From Azolla caroliniana (taxonomy: Eukaryota; Plantae; Polypodiophyta), in NCBI GenBank assembly GCA_043228905.1, contig JBHGNT010001046.1:1-12666 (forward strand): 12,666 bases of DNA, read 5' to 3'. Made by a program: the position numbers and the translations under genes. Below the pieces are notes generated by a model that was given only the letters and a program-made list of their open reading frames with translations, was not told the DNA's origin and searched no databases. Below are positions 8,367-12,666 of this stretch, piece by piece (positions within the stretch are counted from its first letter, which is position 1; every line of letters begins with the position of its first letter).

Positions 8367-8770
8367 GTTGGTTATCTAAACCAGTTTTTTGTGGAGGGAG
8401 AGTGATTGCATTTCATTCATTGGGACATCCAAAAGTTTGCAAAAAGAAAGAAAACACTGTATTAATAGCTTCGATCGGAAAAATGTTCCTCAATATGCTT
8501 ATGGCTTGGATGCCTTAGGTCATCAGTTATTCTCCTTGGGCTTGTCAGATATTCCCAAGGATTGGTTCACACAACAGTATAACAAATGCTCTGATGGATA
8601 TGTATCAAAATATGGGAGATGCATTGGCATCACAATATGGTGGATCTACTACTCATAATTGTGTTTTTCTTGAGAGATATGGAAGGGAAACTCTCACTTT
8701 GGGAGCTGGATTTTAATTATTCTTCACATGTTGGGAGTAATGGTGATGATTCACATGCATATGATGCTTG
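8367..8770 (+). pseudogene. FIG4: FIG4/plant SAC-domain phosphoinositide phosphatase fragment, intronless and internally deleted
   Basis: VGYLNQFFVEGE*LHFIHWDIQKFAKRK / HCINSFDRKNVPQYAYGLDALGHQL...PK / ITNALMDMYQNMGDALASQYGGSTTHNCVFLERYG / EGKLSLWELDFNYSSHVG. These are colinear with plant SAC1-5 motifs, including a degenerate CX5R(T/S). Confidence 0.9.
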
Positions 8771-8901
8771 GTATAATAAGTATATTTTGTTTTTAAAAAA
8801 ATAAAAAAATAAAATTGTAAGCTTCTAGGCAAACAAGCTCAACTTGTAGCCTTTGGGTGTTTTTCGTTTATTCTATTGAAGAAAATTTTTGAAGGAAAAA
8901 A

Positions 8902-9262
8902 GGGTCGTACACATATAATGATTTATAAGTAAAGATGAGTAAAAGCAAAAACTATGAAGATGAATACATAAACATCTGGGAAGGTTTAAAGGTACTCTTG
9001 GCAACTTAGCCATCTAATTTTAATGATTGTGTCCTACATCAAATTTGTCCATTTTGAAGTAACTTTCTAACTGAATGATGTTTAAACGGGTCGTATTCAT
9101 AGAATGATTTATAAGTAAAGATGAGTAAAAGAAAAAACCATGAAGATAAATACATAAACATGTGGGAAAGTTGAAAGGTACTCTTCGCAACTTAGCCATC
9201 CAAATTTAATGATTGTACGCTACTCCATATTTGTACATTTTGAGGTACCTTCCTAACTGAAT
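8902..9262. repeat. 186-bp-period tandem repeat, about two copies
   Basis: 8902-9076 aligns without gaps to 9088-9262 with ~22 mismatches in 175 bp (manual count). Confidence 0.93.
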
Positions 9263-9316
9263 TTAAAAAGACCTCATACTTGATTGTAAAGCACAACTTA
9301 TACATCAAGTATCCTT

Positions 9317-9861
9317 TGAGACCCATTATCGCGAAGACGTGCATACGTGTTCCTACTAGAGCGAGACCATAGGGGTCTTGGACTTTCAGGAACTGAATGG
9401 AGTGACGGCCGTCCTGACTCTTCACCTTTGCATAGGCCGAACCATTGTCCAACACTTTGGTTTTCATTCGCGTTGTTGTGATATATGGTTTGTTGAGGAT
9501 GACCGGATGAGAGGATGTCTCGTGCACGAAAAAGTTGTTTGTAACAAGTGCAATGTGCAGAAACGTGTATGGATTTGTAGTCGGTACTAGACAACAAACA
9601 ATGCAGACAGAAAATAGAATAGGCATTGAGACTTACACGGATGGAGCTTTAATGGAAAGCTTCTCATTACTTCGTTCTTTCTCAGAGATACAATCCACAG
9701 AACAGAGAAATCTGTTCTTCGTCACTCACTCTCTCTCTCTCTCTCTCTCGACATCACTCATTACAATGTTAGGTATTCGCTTATATACTAAGCCCTAACT
9801 TATTAACGAGATCACAATCGGATGGATACAATTTGGAAGGAGTCGGCCTTTTATGCCAACA
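9317..9861 (-). repeat. 3' LTR of copia element 2 (distal end uncertain, 9314-9348)
   Basis: Begins TGTTGG at 9861 on the minus strand, two bases after the PPT. TATATAA at 9787-9781 and (AG)10 at 9729-9748. Candidate ...CA ends at 9348 (GGAACA) or 9317 (GTCTCA). Confidence 0.7.
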
Positions 9862-9863
9862 AA

Positions 9864-9870
9864 CTCCCCC
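9864..9870 (-). other. Polypurine tract core of copia element 2
   Basis: Minus strand reads GGGGGAG-TT-TGTTGG. Confidence 0.8.
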
Positions 9871-10010
9871 ATAAAAGGACTACTTTTTGTACATATGCAA
9901 ATGCTTGGGGTTATCTCCCCCGTAAACCTAGATTACAGGTTTAACTAGATTTTATGTTACAAGTCTGTCGGCAAGTAGCCGAGTCGGGAGAGATATAGTA
10001 TGAGTGTCGG

Positions 10011-12665
10011 TCAAATCTTAACTTCTTCTTCTCATTCGGCTTTCTTCTTCTCGGTCTCTTGTCATAGCCCCATCTTTGTCCTTAGTGTTCCGAAGCATTC
10101 ATCTGGAAGTGGCTTCGTCAGGCAATCGGTGATGTTCACCTCGATGTCGATCTTCCGGACTTCGAGTTTCTTATCAGTCATGAGCTCCCGGATTTGATGA
10201 TACCACACCTCAATGTGCTTCATCTTCACATGGTAGACGGGATTGTTGATGAGGTGTATTGCGCTCTGTGAGTCACAATAGATGGTTGGTGTTAGTCGGT
10301 CTATTCAGTTTGCAGCTCGGAAGTCGGCAAACAGTCGGTGCAGCTAGATCGCTTTCTTCGCTACTTCCGACACTGCTATGTACTCGACTTTTTTGGTAGA
10401 CAGAGCCGTGCAGTCTTGAAGTTCCGACATCCATGATATTGCACCACCACCATAGGTGAAGATGTAGCATGATGTCGATTTCCAATTATCTGCATTTCCG
10501 GCATAGTCGGAATCGGTGTAGCCTTCGACTTTGATTGAGGTTGTTAGTCCCAAAGTTAGTTGTGCATCCGTGGTTCCTTTCAGATACCTAAGGATGTGCT
10601 TGACGGCCTCCCAATGCTTCCTTCTTGGGTTTGACATGTATCGGCTGACCACCCCTACGGCATAGGGTAGGTCGGGTCGGGTCGCCACCATTGCGTACAT
10701 GATACTTCCTATTGCTGATGCATAGGATATGTTTCCATTAAGCTCTCTCTCCTTGTCCGTTGTAGGAGAGTCTCTGTCCGATAGTCTGATCGACGTCGGA
10801 AGCGGTATTGGTTTTTGGCTTCGCATTGTCCATGTTGAAGTGCTGAAGCACCTTGCGGATGTATTCAGACTGGAAGAGTCGGAGAGTCTTGGTCATCCGA
10901 TTTCACTCTATCCTCATGCTCAATGTGTGTTGGGCTTGTCCTAGTTCCTTCATTGCGAACTTTGCGTGAAGGCTCCGCTTCAGCTTATAGATTTCTGCTT
11001 GATTTCTCCCTGCAATCAGCATGTTGTCGACATATAGGATCAGATAGATTCTGGACTCGTCGGCCAGTTGCCGAACATACATGCATGGGTCTAAGTCTGA
11101 TTCGATGTATCCAAGCTGCCGTATGTAGGAGTCAAACTTCTAGTACCACATCCTCTATGCTTGTTTGAGGCTATATAAACTTTTCTTTAGTCTACATAGG
11201 AGGTGACTGTTCTCCCCCGTCGTCATGAACACTGCCAGTTGAGACATATATATGTCTTCGTCTAGATCTCCATGTAGGAATGCGGCCTTGATGTCCATCT
11301 GCTCGAGCTCTAGGTCTTTTGTCGCCACAACTACTAGTAGGAGTCAGAGGGTGGTCATCTTGACCACTGGTGAGAATATCTTGTCGTAATCGACCCCATA
11401 TTCCTGTTTGAATCCTTTCGCGACAAGCCGAGCTTTGTACTAGGGTTTCTCTGAGTCGGATACATACTTGTATCGGAACACCCATTTGCAAGGTAGCGGC
11501 TTTCTTCCCACTGGTAGTTCGACCAGCTCCCATGTTTGATTCTGATGAATAGAGTCCATTTTGGATTTCATGGCCTGTAGCAATGGTTCGGCATCCGGTG
11601 CGGCAATAGCTTCATCATATGTGCTTGGTTCGCCTGCATCTATGTAGAGGACATAGTCGAGGCCCGGTTGATTAAACTCTATTTTCCTTCGAGCTCGTCT
11701 AGATCTCCTGGTTTCCATAATATCTGGTTCGGATCCTTCGATCGGTATTTGTTGAACCAGTCGTGTTAGGAGTCTTGTTAGGTGTCCCGCCCCCGGTTTG
11801 GGATTTCGGCGGTGTTTGGTTGTTGTTGACTTACTCTTGTCGATTCGGCTGTGTCTTTGAGTTCGACATTAGGACTTGTTGCCGATTCGGGGTCGGCAAG
11901 GAAGTTGGCAGTTTGTTGGAGTTCAACTGTTTGTCGAGTCTCCGATTCGGCCCATTGGGTAGGTCCTTCTACGACAGTGCTGTCATCTTCGAACGATACC
12001 TTCTTACCAACTATTTTTTGTTGGTTCTATTGAGAGAAGATAGAGTCTTCATTGAGGACTACATCGCTGCTCCGGATCAATTTTCGGTTCTGAGGGTCCC
12101 ATAGCCGGTAGTGGAAGTTCCCATCGGTTCCATAACTGAGAAATATGCACTTTGTTGCATGGGGTGCCAACTTCGTTCTTTTGTCTCTGGAGATGAATGC
12201 GTAGGCTTCGCATCCAAATATACGGAGCCTATTGTAGGCCAATTGTTTTCCTGACCATAATGCCTATGGCACTTCGAGCTTGATGGCTCTTGATAGTGCC
12301 AAATTTATCATATATACTGTCGTCTGCAGTGCCTCGGCCCAGAATTCCAGCTTCAGTTCGGCTTGCTGGAGCATTGTCGTCACCCTCTCCTGGATTGTTC
12401 GGTTGATCCGTTAAGCCACCCCATTCTGCATGGGTATGTAAGGAACGGTCTTGTGAGGCCGGATCCCTTTTTTGGACATGTATTGTTTGAAGGCTCTAGA
12501 GGTGTACTCACCTCCATTGTCGGATCAGAGTGTCTTCACTCTGTGTCCCGATCGGTTCTCCACTTCAGATATCCATCGAGTGAAGACCTCGAGCACTTCA
12601 TCTTTGGACTTGATGGAGTATGCCCAAACTTTCCGTGTAGAGTCATCTATGAATGTGATGAAGTA
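10011..12665 (-). pseudogene. pol: Copia pol (integrase, RT, RNase H), many stops and frameshifts
   Basis: IN: YFITFIDDSTRKVW, L*SDNGGEY, QNGVA*R (catalytic E replaced by TAA at 12411-12413), LRIFGCEAYA. RT: EPSTYDEA, YVDN at 11023-11034. RNase H: GYTDSDYAG, KHIEVWYH, DCLTKPLP. Confidence 0.94.
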
Positions 12666-12666
12666 C

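Larger units (their letters stand above)
9317..12666 (-). mobile_element. Ty1/copia LTR retrotransposon 2 (Tnt1/Tork-like), 3' portion
   Basis: Minus-strand order is IN core, RT, RNase H, short 3' UTR, PPT, LTR. The lineage is inferred from motifs such as TWELVELPVGRKPLPCKWVF and YASAIGSIMYAMVATRPD. Confidence 0.93.

Noticed and set aside
7971-9262. CRISPR-like array or prokaryotic system
   Set aside because: The repeats are long, degenerate tandem units with no constant repeat/unique spacer pattern, no cas-like ORFs are present, and the context is eukaryotic TE DNA.
9192-9798. Overlapping ORFs of 70-144 aa as an env-like or extra gene
   Set aside because: They lie in the copia 2 LTR and cross into flanking repeat, with no domain motifs.
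10000-12104. Plus-strand ORFs over copia 2
   Set aside because: They are antisense shadows of the minus-strand pol with no independent coding evidence.

Overview
This window is plant nuclear, TE-dense, decayed DNA with no intact gene; a non-seed plant such as a moss is plausible but not proven. From left to right it holds five blocks. (1) The 3' half of a Ty1/copia element on + (IN-RT linker, RT, RNase H, a ~170-codon in-frame charged extension between two identical PPT 12-mers, 3' LTR 2495-2866) is inserted into (2) a Ty3/gypsy chromovirus on + (RT, RNase H, 255-bp tandem duplication, integrase, chromodomain, PPT, 3' LTR ~6164-6536). The gypsy LTR carries heat-shock-element arrays and an antisense tRNA-like A/B-box module. 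(3) A decayed LINE ORF2 3' remnant follows, containing a 74-bp plastid 23S rRNA fragment. (4) Two degenerate tandem repeats flank an intronless, internally deleted FIG4/SAC-domain phosphatase fragment. (5) The 3' part of a second, Tnt1/Tork-like copia lies on the - strand and runs off the window end. The most unusual signals are the PPT-bracketed Pol extension and the tRNA-like module plus HSEs in the gypsy LTR. All alignments were done by eye; no database search was run.
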